Positions 8,589 to 18,785 of a stretch of 44,032 nt of DNA are shown one piece after another (position 1 is the stretch's first letter; the number at the start of each line of letters is the position of its first letter). The stretch comes from Fibrobacteria bacterium (GTDB lineage: Bacteria > Fibrobacterota > Chitinivibrionia > Chitinivibrionales > FEN-1185), in NCBI GenBank assembly GCA_037447435.1, contig JBBIGR010000043.1:1-44032 (forward strand), given 5' to 3'. The translations under genes and the position numbers were made by a program. Below the pieces are notes generated by a model. The model was not told the origin of the DNA and did not search any database. It saw nothing but the letters and a program-made list of their open reading frames with translations.

Positions 8589-10030
8589 TGGACGAGTAGC
8601 ACGCAATCGCCGGATTCCGTTCCGCCGCTTGCTGAAACCGCATATGTACCCGGTCTCAGGTTCAGTGCGGCGAGTGAAACACTGTTTCCCGACAAGCACA
8701 ATCTGCGGACCAGCGCGCCGTTCACGGTGAAAATTGTCAATTGCTTCATATTGCTTTCGAATCCTTGCAACAGAATGCGGCCGCAAACGATGGAAATGCG
8801 TTTTTTCACGGTTTGCGCATGAGGAAAAACGCGATTTGCTGCAGGCGGGGTTCCCGGAAACGCCGCCATATACGGTTTCAGCATATCGAGCTTCCATTGT
8901 ACGATTGTGGTCCAATCGTTTTCCAAAATCCCGCCGGTGTCGCCGGAATCCGGGTTTAAACTCCAAAATGTCCAGGAAATGTATTTGCAGAGCGTTGAAA
9001 GCAGCGTGGCAAACCAGATTTTTTCTTTCCCGGAAAATGACGACGAGTCGCGTATCCCGAATTCACCGAGCAGCAAATGGCCCTTGTTTTGATTTTTGAT
9101 AAATGCGAACGAACTGTCCCATTGGGCCGCGAGGTTTGCGGGAAATGCGGGATCGTCGAACCAGGGCTGGTCGAACACTTCGGGCCCGTATTCGTGCGGC
9201 GAATACACCAGCTTTGCAGGATTGGAAAGCACGACCGGATCGGTTTTGACGCCGCGTAAATTGCCACCCCACCATGATGAGGTGCTACCGAATTTTTCCA
9301 CGCCTTCAACGACGATCAAAAGGTTAGGGTTTGCAGCAAGAATGGCGTTACCGCAGCGCTGGGCAGCGCTTTTCCAATCGTAAAGGGGATCGTTGCCGCC
9401 CCATTGGGAACCGCCGGCCGAGGCGCTGCCGTGCGGTTCGTTATCAAGGTCGCATCCGACAACTGCGGGACTGTTTTTATACCGTGATGCTAAAAATACC
9501 CAATCGTTAATCCATTGTTGTTCCGACGTTTTCGCCGTATACCATACCAGTTCGCCCATATAGTTGTCAGCTTCGCGAGAATGATTGTCCAGCACCACCG
9601 AAATGCCCAATTCTTCGCATCCGCCTATAATGATATCCATTATTTCGAGCGGGCTTTTTTGGATAAGCTCCTTGTTCATTTCGGTAGGCGCGTTTTTCCG
9701 GTATGGGTCCACACCGTATGAATTGATGCTGTTTGCCGTGGCGCCGCTCCGAAGTATCGCATTGCACCAGGGAAGCCTGATGCAATTGAAGCCCATTTCC
9801 TTGACTTGCAATAGCATTCCTTTCCAGTCGCGCGCCCAAAGGCCGTGCGGGCACATATTCGATGTTTCCAAGCCGAACCAGTTAACGCCGGTGAGCCGTA
9901 CTTCGGTTCCGTTTTCGTCTTTGAGAGCGGCTCCGTCGACATGCAGGTTTCCTGCAAATCCGGGACAATGGAAAGCAAGAACAAGCAACAGGGCGCCTAT
10001 CGCAGAACCGAGGATACTTTTTATCATCAT
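8585..10030 (-). CDS. GH5 endoglucanase, secreted, with C-terminal sorting-like domain
   Basis: GVNWFGLET, GFNCIRLP, catalytic DNEPHG and LGEFG, YSPHEYG, WSLNPDSGDTGG; signal peptide. Confidence 0.93.
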   Translation of the reverse strand: MMIKSILGSAIGALLLVLAFHCPGFAGNLHVDGAALKDENGTEVRLTGVNWFGLETSNMCPHGLWARDWKGMLLQVKEMGFNCIRLPWCNAILRSGATANSINSYGVDPYRKNAPTEMNKELIQKSPLEIMDIIIGGCEELGISVVLDNHSREADNYMGELVWYTAKTSEQQWINDWVFLASRYKNSPAVVGCDLDNEPHGSASAGGSQWGGNDPLYDWKSAAQRCGNAILAANPNLLIVVEGVEKFGSTSSWWGGNLRGVKTDPVVLSNPAKLVYSPHEYGPEVFDQPWFDDPAFPANLAAQWDSSFAFIKNQNKGHLLLGEFGIRDSSSFSGKEKIWFATLLSTLCKYISWTFWSLNPDSGDTGGILENDWTTIVQWKLDMLKPYMAAFPGTPPAANRVFPHAQTVKKRISIVCGRILLQGFESNMKQLTIFTVNGALVRRLCLSGNSVSLAALNLRPGTYAVSASGGTESGDCVLLVH

Positions 10031-10048
10031 AACTCCTTTACTTTTATA

Positions 10049-12298
10049 CTATCGCTGCAAAACGATCGGTTTTGCCGAAACCGGTTTACCGTATTTGTCG
10101 GAAACGACGCAGATGTACATGCCGTTACCGAAGCCAAGCATCGAAATCCTTTGTGCATGGCCGACGGGGACCGCGGTTGCGATTTTGCCGTTTACCGCGA
10201 CGACGGATACCGTCGCGGCGCGGGGATCGGCGTCTTCGACTACAAGATAGTTGCCTATGTGTTTGACGAAGGAGCAGCTTTTTGATTTTGCAAATATATG
10301 GTTTTGGGGAGACACAATACTAATCGGGGGTTTGCCCGGTTCGGCACCCCAAATTTGTACACCGTTGTCGTATATGGGCGTGTTGGCCGATTCCATTGCC
10401 GTTTGCGACGAGCCGCCAACGGTTTCGTACGACCAATCGTTGGACGTGATCCACGACGATGCGATTGCGTTTTGCGGCAACGACAGACGGAATTGCGCTT
10501 CCCGTTTGTACGAGTCTTGCGTGCCGGGATACAAGGAATCGTTGTCATATGAAATCTCGACATAATAAATACTGCTTGAGCCGTTATACGGGGTGACACC
10601 GGAAATTTTTGCCTTGCCTTGAAGGTAATTGGTTTGCACCGTGATATCGTTTGCGGACAGTCCCGCAGAAATCGCTTCGCTTATGTTGAAAAAATACCGG
10701 TATGAGAGTTTCGTGCATATGCGGGCCGGCTCATTGGTTTTGTTGCATAAAACGGCCTTGATTTCGGTGAAACGGTCTCCCGATGCATTGATATTGGCTA
10801 ATACGTAAAATTGTTCGGATACCGAATCTTTGGGCGGAAATTGGGCCAGCGGCGCACCGCCGTATTCCTTATATAGGCGCGCAAGCGCACCGGTAAATCC
10901 GGCATTGTAATCGCAAGCCACTTCATTGGCGGTATAATTATTCCGTTGATCGGTGTAGGCGTCGCTTGCGTCGGGGCCGCCGACCAGGGCGCCGTACAGG
11001 GTGTGCCTGCACGCGACCGTATCGCTTGCATCGCCGGGATATACACCCTCGGCCGTTCTGTGATGTTCGCGGCACGGCGGGTTATTGCCGAAACCGACCA
11101 CAAACGATCGATGCAGCGGATTGCTTCCGAGAAGATAATTGATTTGTGAAACGGCAAAATCATGGTACCGCGTTTTCAACGAATCGCCGGTTATCCAATC
11201 CGAATAAATAAGGGCGAGGAACGCGGTGTTCGCCGCATACCGGTTTGACCCCCAGGTGTCAAGCCATGCAAGGCCGCCGGGCGTGTATTTTATTTTTTGC
11301 CCGTCGACGCCGATTGTCCAGTAATTAAGGCATCGCTCGGCATCGTCTTTATACTTTTGTTTGCCCGTGAGTTTAGCCAGAAGCACATAGCAGCCGAATC
11401 CCTTGTCGTCCCAGGCGATGGTCCATTTATAGGAGCGTGTTGTTGACTGCGGTTCCGTATTCAGGCTGTCGTAATATGATTGCGCTTTGAAAAGGTATGA
11501 GCTGTCTTTATTTGCCAAAAATAACCATGTGGCGCCCCAGACCAGTTCGTCTTTATAGCCGCTCCATGAATTGTAATATCCCTGCGCCGCAATGATTGAC
11601 GCATCGTATTTGCCGCGGTATGCGTCGGCAAACGAATACAACTGTTTCGCATGGGTGAGGCATATTGATGAATAAGCTTCGTCGGTCGTTTTGAATACAA
11701 TCGATGTTGCGGCCAAGGCTGCCGCGGCTTCGCCGGCCAAATCCGTTCCGGGATGCGTTGCATCGATTTTGGCGGAAGGTCGTTGCATTTTCGCCTCAAC
11801 AGATTCGGCGGGGCCCCAAAACGAATGATCGAGACCGCCGTCTCCTATTTGTCCGTAAAATTCGTTTGGACCGGTATGGCAACGAATAAGATAGTCGGCG
11901 GCAAAACGGATGGAATTGAGAATAAAAGGGAGTTGGCCGCTTTTTTCATAGGCGTCACGGTTTTCGATCACTCCCCAACACAGCATTGTCAGTGAAAAGG
12001 CCATAGGGAAATTGAATTTGACATGGTCGCCCGCATCGTACCATCCGCCGGTGAGGTCTTTTCCCGCGTCCGCACCGTCGTGGAGGCAACTTGGCCCCCG
12101 CCATTGCACCCTGTTCCATGCAGGCAAGGGGCCCGATTGTTGGCATTCGTAAAAGTAGATAGCCTTTTGAAGCGCTTCCCCGTAATTGGGTTCGCCGGTA
12201 GCATAGGAGTTTGATGCGTTTGAAAAGCATGCAATCGATATGAGAATAAAAACTACATACGTTTTCAACACGTCATTCTTAAAAATTTTATAATTCAT
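10049..12298 (-). CDS. GH9 endoglucanase with CBM3(c) module and C-terminal sorting-like domain
   Basis: DLTGGWYDAGDHVKF, HHR, NEVACDYNAG, then CBM3-like FTEIKA..LSYRYFFN..REAQFR. Confidence 0.93.
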   Translation of the reverse strand: MNYKIFKNDVLKTYVVFILISIACFSNASNSYATGEPNYGEALQKAIYFYECQQSGPLPAWNRVQWRGPSCLHDGADAGKDLTGGWYDAGDHVKFNFPMAFSLTMLCWGVIENRDAYEKSGQLPFILNSIRFAADYLIRCHTGPNEFYGQIGDGGLDHSFWGPAESVEAKMQRPSAKIDATHPGTDLAGEAAAALAATSIVFKTTDEAYSSICLTHAKQLYSFADAYRGKYDASIIAAQGYYNSWSGYKDELVWGATWLFLANKDSSYLFKAQSYYDSLNTEPQSTTRSYKWTIAWDDKGFGCYVLLAKLTGKQKYKDDAERCLNYWTIGVDGQKIKYTPGGLAWLDTWGSNRYAANTAFLALIYSDWITGDSLKTRYHDFAVSQINYLLGSNPLHRSFVVGFGNNPPCREHHRTAEGVYPGDASDTVACRHTLYGALVGGPDASDAYTDQRNNYTANEVACDYNAGFTGALARLYKEYGGAPLAQFPPKDSVSEQFYVLANINASGDRFTEIKAVLCNKTNEPARICTKLSYRYFFNISEAISAGLSANDITVQTNYLQGKAKISGVTPYNGSSSIYYVEISYDNDSLYPGTQDSYKREAQFRLSLPQNAIASSWITSNDWSYETVGGSSQTAMESANTPIYDNGVQIWGAEPGKPPISIVSPQNHIFAKSKSCSFVKHIGNYLVVEDADPRAATVSVVAVNGKIATAVPVGHAQRISMLGFGNGMYICVVSDKYGKPVSAKPIVLQR

Positions 12299-12398
12299 AT
12301 GACCATTCCGTTTGTTGATGGAGCTTCCTGACACGGCTTAAAATATAGACAAAAATTTCCGGATGCACACGGGTAAAGACGAGGTATCGGAAAAAAAA

Positions 12399-12416
12399 GG
12401 TGACAAAAATGTCCCC
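12399..12416. promoter_or_regulatory. Imperfect palindrome, candidate operator between divergent genes
   Basis: GGTGACA-AAAA-TGTCCCC; AAATGTCCCC recurs at 12540-12549. Confidence 0.45.
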
Positions 12417-12533
12417 ATAATAACCAGGATAAAACGATTAATAAAAATATGTAATAAATTGAATTTAAATAAAATAAATAGTATTAAATCTTGTGATTAA
12501 TGCGGATAATAAAATTCTATTCAAATAAATAGC

Positions 12534-12563
12534 TTGACTAAATGTCCCCGTATGTCGTATAAT
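12534..12563 (+). promoter_or_regulatory. sigma70-type promoter of the TIGR02147 gene
   Basis: TTGACT-N18-TATAAT. Confidence 0.65.
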
Positions 12564-12612
12564 TGTATTTGAACGATAAAGAGGCGAATCCGTTTCGACA
12601 AAGAGCTGCCGT

Positions 12613-13446
12613 ATGAAAAAGGTTTTCGAATATCTTGATTATCGCGATTATCTGAGCGATTTCTACGATTGTCAGAAAGAGCGGAATTATTTCTATTCGT
12701 ACCGGTTTATGGCAGCCAAGCTCGATATCGACCACAGTTTGCTTGTCAAGATACTCTCCGGTAAACGGCATATAACCGAGAAACACGTCAAACCGCTCGT
12801 GTCCCTCTGCAAGCTCGCAGGCAGGGAGGCTTTGTATTTTGAAACATTGGTGGAGTTTTGCAAATCAAAATCGGACCGGCAATCCAAAATTCTTTTTGAG
12901 AAGATGCTGAATTTGAAAAGCCATCAATCCCGGACGCTTGAGCACTATCAATATGAATATTTTAAAGCGTGGTACTATGCCGCGACGCGTTCGCTTCTTG
13001 ATTATTATGAATTTGACGGGGATTACGCGGCGCTTGCGGAAAAACTGAATCCGTCGATTACTGTTTCGCAAGCAAAGAAAACAATCGAAGTGCTCGACAA
13101 TCTGGGCCTCATAAAAAAAGATGAACAGGGAGTATACCGGCCGACCGACAAGCATGTGAGCACGGGGGAGAAGTGGCGATCCGTGGTAATTTCCGATTAT
13201 CAACGGGAAACCATACAGATGTCCGCCTGGTCCATCGAGCGCGATCCTCGTGAGACCCGGGACATATCTTCCGTTACCATGTCCGTTGACAAAGAGTGCT
13301 TTGACGACATTATCCTGATGCTCAATGAATGCCGGTCTTCAATAATAAAACGGGTGAACGAAATCCCCGACGGCCGGCGCGATCGCGTGTATCAACTTAA
13401 TATGCAATTTATACCCCTGTCGAGAATTGAAGGGGGAATGAAATGA
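12613..13446 (+). CDS. TIGR02147 family putative transcriptional regulator (HTH + DUF4423)
   Basis: VFEYLDYRDYL, FYSYRFMA, WYYAATR, RDISSVT, VYQLNMQFIPLS. Confidence 0.9.
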   Translation: MKKVFEYLDYRDYLSDFYDCQKERNYFYSYRFMAAKLDIDHSLLVKILSGKRHITEKHVKPLVSLCKLAGREALYFETLVEFCKSKSDRQSKILFEKMLNLKSHQSRTLEHYQYEYFKAWYYAATRSLLDYYEFDGDYAALAEKLNPSITVSQAKKTIEVLDNLGLIKKDEQGVYRPTDKHVSTGEKWRSVVISDYQRETIQMSAWSIERDPRETRDISSVTMSVDKECFDDIILMLNECRSSIIKRVNEIPDGRRDRVYQLNMQFIPLSRIEGGMK

Positions 13447-15128
13447 CCAGCACCCGGCTATTGGCATACTTTGCAATGGCGGCAACCGCGCTTTTCTTTG
13501 CCTGTACGAGCGATCGTATCGCCGGCGGTACGACGACCGAAACGACCAACGGTCTTCGTGCGGGGATTTATCTGCCCGACGGTACGCCCGTTACCGGGGC
13601 CCGGGTCGTGTTGCGTCCCGATGCATATATTTCGGGTGAAACTTCCTGGGACAGCCGTATGTTGCGCGATACGCTCACCTCTTTGAACGGGTCGGTTTTA
13701 TTCGGGAACTTGCCTAATGGTAATTATTCTCTGAGTGCGGTTACCGCGGATTCTTCTTTGGGTGCCGTTGTCTTTCACATTACCTTATCGGACGGAAACC
13801 GTTCGTCGGACACGGTAAATCTCGATTCGGTCAAGCTTCGCGCCACCGGTGCCGTTTCCGGTCTCATCGCGAATTCTTCGGTTGACGCCGATTTGCGCGT
13901 GACAATAAACATGCAAGGTACTGAATTTGGTTTTGTCGCATTGCCCGGGACTTCGTTCGTATGGCGCGGATTGCCGGAAGGAACCTATCGGGCCGTCGTC
14001 TCGGCGAAGTATCCGGCGCTGCTCGACACGCAGGCGGTGAATATCCAAAGCGGGGATACGGTTCTTCTCACTTCTGCGCCTTTTATCGATACGATGTCGT
14101 TTTACGGTTTCAAAAAGGTGCGTTTCAATACCGCAGGATCCGGTGCGAACGTCGCGGGCGATGTGACCATGTTTCCGTTGTTGATACGATTAACAAGTAA
14201 TAACAAGGAAGACTCGCTTTTGTTCGCCCACACCGACGACCCGTCCCGATTGCGTTTTTTGGCCAGTGACGATCACACCTGGCTTCCGTTTGAAGTTGAG
14301 TCGTGGAGTACGGCGGGAGCAATTAAGGATGCATCGATTTGGGTTCGCACCGCGGTCATTTACGGCAATAATTCGACGGACTATCTGCGTATTTGCTATG
14401 GCGCGGCTCTGCCGGACGGTCGGGCCGCCTCTGAAGTCTTTGCTCAGGGCGCCGGGTATGCGAGCGTTTGGCATCTTGGCGAACAAAACGGGGACACGCT
14501 TTTTGACGCCACGGGAATGTTCAATGTGAAAAGCCTTGCCGCATACCGCTTTCCGCGTGCAGGGATCATAGACGGATGTCAATGGCTTGACGGAACAGGA
14601 GATTTCATCGACGCAGGATCGGACGCGGGGTATTTGAACGATGTGCATCAGGCAAGCATGTCGGCGTGGATAAATGCAGAGGCATTTCCGTTTCACGTGA
14701 TCCATATCATGGGCGGCGGTGCGGCCGAGCGCGCATATGTCTATGTTGACAGCAGCGGCAGAGTTGTCGTGGGGGGATCGTCGTCGGACAACGCGGGGGG
14801 CGGACGGGTATCGGTCAGCCTGGATACGCTTCAGACTGGGACATGGTATTATCTGGCCGCGGTCCTTGATTATGAAAACGACAGCATCGCCGTGTATGTG
14901 AACGGCGAGCGAGTTGCCGTTTCGACAGCGGGCCTGTTTGCAAATGCGAGCACGCCGCCGACAAATTCTTCGCGCGCGGTCATGGGTGCTCTTCCCGATG
15001 CCGCTTCAGGTTTTTCCCGCGGCAGTATCGATGAATGCCGCATTTTCCGCGGACCCCAGTCGGCAGATTGGATCCGCCTATGCTACCAGACCCAGCGGAT
15101 AAATTCTTCGTTTTTCATTTCGCCGTAA
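13443..15128 (+). CDS. Lipoprotein with carboxypeptidase-regulatory-like, DUF2341-like and LamG domains
   Basis: Lipobox FFAC followed by AGGTTTETTNG; FPLLIRL..LPFEVE..IWV; SVWHL; GSIDECRI..SADWI. Confidence 0.8.
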   Translation: MTSTRLLAYFAMAATALFFACTSDRIAGGTTTETTNGLRAGIYLPDGTPVTGARVVLRPDAYISGETSWDSRMLRDTLTSLNGSVLFGNLPNGNYSLSAVTADSSLGAVVFHITLSDGNRSSDTVNLDSVKLRATGAVSGLIANSSVDADLRVTINMQGTEFGFVALPGTSFVWRGLPEGTYRAVVSAKYPALLDTQAVNIQSGDTVLLTSAPFIDTMSFYGFKKVRFNTAGSGANVAGDVTMFPLLIRLTSNNKEDSLLFAHTDDPSRLRFLASDDHTWLPFEVESWSTAGAIKDASIWVRTAVIYGNNSTDYLRICYGAALPDGRAASEVFAQGAGYASVWHLGEQNGDTLFDATGMFNVKSLAAYRFPRAGIIDGCQWLDGTGDFIDAGSDAGYLNDVHQASMSAWINAEAFPFHVIHIMGGGAAERAYVYVDSSGRVVVGGSSSDNAGGGRVSVSLDTLQTGTWYYLAAVLDYENDSIAVYVNGERVAVSTAGLFANASTPPTNSSRAVMGALPDAASGFSRGSIDECRIFRGPQSADWIRLCYQTQRINSSFFISP

Positions 15129-15231
15129 GTTTTTTATGTATGCGGAAAGCCTTTTGAAATGGAAGTTGCCCCAAAGTAATTTCCCAATCCGGGGAAATAT
15201 TTATAATCAAAAAAATCTAATGGAAATAGCG

Positions 15232-16011
15232 ATGAACAACAATATTGAAAAGTCTTTGAGTAAAGTTCCGCAAGTTACTGTAATGTTTTGGATAATTAAA
15301 ATCTTTGCAACGACAGTAGGGGAAACCGGGGGTGACGCACTTTCAATGTCTTTGCAACTCGGATACGGAATAAGCAGCCTGATTTTTATCGGCTTCTTTT
15401 TTGCATGCCTTTTTGCCCAGATTAAAACAAAACGCTATTATGCATTTGTCTATTGGTTTCTTGTGATTGCGACGACTACCGTTGGAACAACGATGTCGGA
15501 TTATTTCGATCGGTCTTTGGGAATGGGTTATATCAAATCTTCAAGCATACTTTTTTTATGTGTTATCGGTGTTCTTATATCTTGGCATTTTATTGCCGGT
15601 CGTATAGAATTCCAAAGAATCAGCACGCGCAAAGACGAAGTTTTTTATTGGTTGACAATTTTGATTTCCAATACCCTTGGAACAGCACTTGGCGATTTCA
15701 CCGCGACGGACTTGGGATGTGGTTTCCAATGGGGTGCACTCGTATTCCTTGGAATGCTTGCATTGATTGGACTAGCTTTTTTCCTGACAAAAATTCCCAA
15801 GAGCATATTGTTTTGGTCTGCATACGTTTTAACGCGTCCTCTGGGTGCAACCCTGGGCGACACTATTACAAAACCGATTACCGAAGGCGGTTTTAACCTC
15901 GGGCGCATTACGTCGTCTGTAGTGATTGCAGCGCTCATGTTCGCCTTTGTCGTTATTCGTTACAGGAAATCAGGGCTTGTGCCGTCGTTAGTACGAGTGA
16001 AAAAGGATTGA
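15232..16011 (+). CDS. COG4705/DUF347 repeat membrane protein
   Basis: SKVPQVT.FWIIKI.ATTVGETGGD, TLGTALGD, VLTRPLGATLGD. Confidence 0.88.
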   Translation: MNNNIEKSLSKVPQVTVMFWIIKIFATTVGETGGDALSMSLQLGYGISSLIFIGFFFACLFAQIKTKRYYAFVYWFLVIATTTVGTTMSDYFDRSLGMGYIKSSSILFLCVIGVLISWHFIAGRIEFQRISTRKDEVFYWLTILISNTLGTALGDFTATDLGCGFQWGALVFLGMLALIGLAFFLTKIPKSILFWSAYVLTRPLGATLGDTITKPITEGGFNLGRITSSVVIAALMFAFVVIRYRKSGLVPSLVRVKKD

Positions 16012-16015
16012 CATG

Positions 16016-16043
16016 AAAAAAGCCGGGAGGCATCCCGGCTTTT
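16016..16043. terminator. Bidirectional intrinsic terminator
   Basis: AAAAAAGCCGGGA-GGCA-TCCCGGCTTTT between convergent genes. Confidence 0.85.
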
Positions 16044-16068
16044 AATACGTCTTCATACGCTGTATAAG

Positions 16069-16893
16069 TTATTTTTTATCAGCTTTTTTGAACCAATCCT
16101 GAATTGCGGGAAGGTTTATATCAATTTGAACGGTTGCAGTTGGTTTTAATGCATCACTATCATTCCAAATATCATACCCTATAATGAAACTCGCATCCGG
16201 AACAATTGCATATGACAACCCGAAAGACAGTGCACCATATCCACTTTTTCCACTGAAATAATCGATAGCAAGCCATAATTTGTCGCTGATCTCACTCATG
16301 GTTCGATCCCATGACAGCAAAAAACCTTTGTCATCCGTCGTTTTATAAGTTTGTGTTGCAGTATCAAATGAACTAAGTACGTAAAATACACTTTTGGGGT
16401 TAACGCCGACGCCGCCTTTGAAGCCGCCAACCGAAAATCGTCCGAGCTTCCAAATGTTTTTTGCAAGCAAACCATAAACAACATTATACGAAGTGGCATT
16501 TGGTGCATCCGCTATTTGTGTTCCGAAATCAAATCCACCAAATGCAATTGCAGGCATATTTTTAAAAAAAGCATCTTCAGGCACGCCCAATTTTGCGTTA
16601 TAATACATTGGATAGTGGTGGTTTGAACCAAGGTCGCGATAATCGATGCCGATTTCCAGCCCCAAATTTTTAAAAGGCAATACACCGACTGTTATGCCTC
16701 CATTTGTGACCGTTGGTGCATCTCCTGCTAATACATCAGTTTTTATGTATGAATCCCAACCGAGGTGAAGAACGCCAAACCCTTGAACATCAGTAGAAGG
16801 AATCCATATCTGTGTTGACGGAGTAGCACTTATATAAGAATACGATAATAACAGTGCCGTAACCATTGTTACTATTGGTAAAAACTTTCTCAT
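16069..16893 (-). CDS. Secreted, probably outer-membrane beta-barrel protein, last gene of the amtB operon
   Basis: Signal peptide MRKFLP...ISA; alternating amphipathic strands (LEIGIDY, LSFGLSY, FIIGYD). Confidence 0.6.
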   Translation of the reverse strand: MRKFLPIVTMVTALLLSYSYISATPSTQIWIPSTDVQGFGVLHLGWDSYIKTDVLAGDAPTVTNGGITVGVLPFKNLGLEIGIDYRDLGSNHHYPMYYNAKLGVPEDAFFKNMPAIAFGGFDFGTQIADAPNATSYNVVYGLLAKNIWKLGRFSVGGFKGGVGVNPKSVFYVLSSFDTATQTYKTTDDKGFLLSWDRTMSEISDKLWLAIDYFSGKSGYGALSFGLSYAIVPDASFIIGYDIWNDSDALKPTATVQIDINLPAIQDWFKKADKK

Positions 16894-16944
16894 GTTCAGG
16901 CTCCTTGTTTGAATATATTCAAAAGTTGTAGTCATTTTTTAACA

Positions 16945-16978
16945 TACCCCTCCCAAATCAATTTGAAGAGAGGGGTAT
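16945..16978. other. Intergenic hairpin between glnK and the porin-like gene
   Basis: ATACCCCTC...GAGGGGTAT arms. Confidence 0.5.
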
Positions 16979-16997
16979 AGGGCTAACAATCTAACAA

Positions 16998-17345
16998 TTA
17001 AATAGCTTCAGAACCTCGTTCACGCGTGCGAATTCTTAAAACATCCTCAAGGGGCAGAATAAAAATCTTACCATCGCCGATTTTGCCTTCTGCGCCTGTT
17101 CGTGCGGCCTTTGTTATTGCCTCGATTGTGGGTTCTAAAAATTCATCGTTTACTGCGATTTCGAGTTTTGTTTTACGGACAAAATTGATTTTATATTCAT
17201 GGCCGCGATAAATCTCGGTATGTCCTTTTTGGCGGCCAATACCTTCGGCATCAGTCACGGTTAACCTGAATACTTCGATATGACTTAATGCTTCCTTGAC
17301 AGATTCGAGTCGAGTGGGCTGTATAATTGCGATAATGTATTTCAT
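16998..17345 (-). CDS. glnK: P-II nitrogen regulatory protein (canonical)
   Basis: GIGRQKGHTEIYRGHEY (Tyr51), KIGDGKIF, RIRT; adjacent to amtB. Confidence 0.93.
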   Translation of the reverse strand: MKYIIAIIQPTRLESVKEALSHIEVFRLTVTDAEGIGRQKGHTEIYRGHEYKINFVRKTKLEIAVNDEFLEPTIEAITKAARTGAEGKIGDGKIFILPLEDVLRIRTRERGSEAI

Positions 17346-17411
17346 TTTTTCTCCTTTTCTTATTTTAAAATAGTCGGCTTTTAACGATTTTAATCAATGA
17401 GAAAGTATGGG

Positions 17412-18785
17412 TTAAGCCCTTTCTCCGTGTGCGCTCTGGTCCATACCCACCATTTCCTCCTCAGGCGTTACTCTGAGTCCCACAACAGCCTTGACTATGA
17501 GGAATATCACTATTGTTACAATCGCATCGTAACCAATGGTTGTTCCTATGGCGATTAGCTGAATTTTGACCTGTGCCGGATTGCCGTAAAAAAGCCCCTT
17601 TCCTGCCGAATTGATGGCTGGATCTGCAAGAAATCCGGTCAAAAGCGCACCAATTGTTCCGCCAATGCCATGAATACCAAATGCATCGAGAGTATCATCA
17701 TAACCGAATTTAGATTTTACGAATGCAACCATGCAATAACAAACGACACCGGCAATTGTGCCGATGATTAGGGAGCCGCCAACATTGACAAATCCGGCAG
17801 CCGGAGTGATAGCAACCAAACCCGCAACAGCTCCCGAAGCAAGACCCAGAACCGTTGGTTTTTTATTGAAAAACCATTCTGTAACCATCCAAGCAATAGC
17901 TGCCATAGCAGTGGCGGTATTAGTATTGATAAATGCGGCTCCTGCAATTCCGTTTGCAGCAAGTGCTGAGCCGGCATTAAAACCGAACCATCCAAACCAC
18001 AAAAGCCCGGCGCCTGTGACAGTTGCGGTTAAATTGCAAGGGATAAGGCCCGGTTCGTTACGTTTTCCTAAAAAGAGAGCGCCAATAAGCGCGGCTATAC
18101 CGGCATTGATATGAACAACCGTTCCTCCTGCAAAGTCAAGAGCGCCAAGTTTTGCAAGAAACCCGTTTCCCCAAACCCAGTGAGCTACCGGCAAATAAAC
18201 AAATGTTAACCAGAGAATTGAAAAAAGCACCCAAGCGGAAAATTTCATTCTTTCAATATATGCACCGCTTGCCAATGCTACCGTGATTGCCGCAAAGGTC
18301 AATTGGAATACGACAAAAATAAGTTCGGGAATTGTTCCGGAAAGCGTATCGACTTTAATTCCGTTCATCATGAATTTATGCAGATTACCAATAATTCCAT
18401 GCACATCATCGCCGAAAGCAAGTGTATAGCCATAAACTATCCACAAAACACTTACAATGCAGAATGTGACAAACGACATAGCAATCACATTAAGCGTGTC
18501 CTTTTTCTTTGCTATACCTCCATAAAATAAGGCCAAACCAGGTATGGTCATAAGCATTACCAGTGCTGTTGCCACTATCATCCAGGCTGTATCTCCGGTA
18601 TTTAAAACTGCTACTGGAGCAGAAGTCGCTGGAGCCGGCGCCACAGTTGCCGGCGCAGCAGCTGTACTTACTATTGTCGAAATCGCTTTTGCCGATGTAT
18701 CTGATACTGCAGATTGTCCAACGGAATACGCTACAAAAGCAAGGACAAACCCCACTATCATTGCTACCAGTGCTTTTTTAATCAT
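17412..18785 (-). CDS. amtB: Ammonium transporter
   Basis: GLALFYGG, DFAGGTVVH, LWFGWFGFNAGS, DDTLDAFGIHG. Confidence 0.97.
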   Translation of the reverse strand: MIKKALVAMIVGFVLAFVAYSVGQSAVSDTSAKAISTIVSTAAAPATVAPAPATSAPVAVLNTGDTAWMIVATALVMLMTIPGLALFYGGIAKKKDTLNVIAMSFVTFCIVSVLWIVYGYTLAFGDDVHGIIGNLHKFMMNGIKVDTLSGTIPELIFVVFQLTFAAITVALASGAYIERMKFSAWVLFSILWLTFVYLPVAHWVWGNGFLAKLGALDFAGGTVVHINAGIAALIGALFLGKRNEPGLIPCNLTATVTGAGLLWFGWFGFNAGSALAANGIAGAAFINTNTATAMAAIAWMVTEWFFNKKPTVLGLASGAVAGLVAITPAAGFVNVGGSLIIGTIAGVVCYCMVAFVKSKFGYDDTLDAFGIHGIGGTIGALLTGFLADPAINSAGKGLFYGNPAQVKIQLIAIGTTIGYDAIVTIVIFLIVKAVVGLRVTPEEEMVGMDQSAHGERA

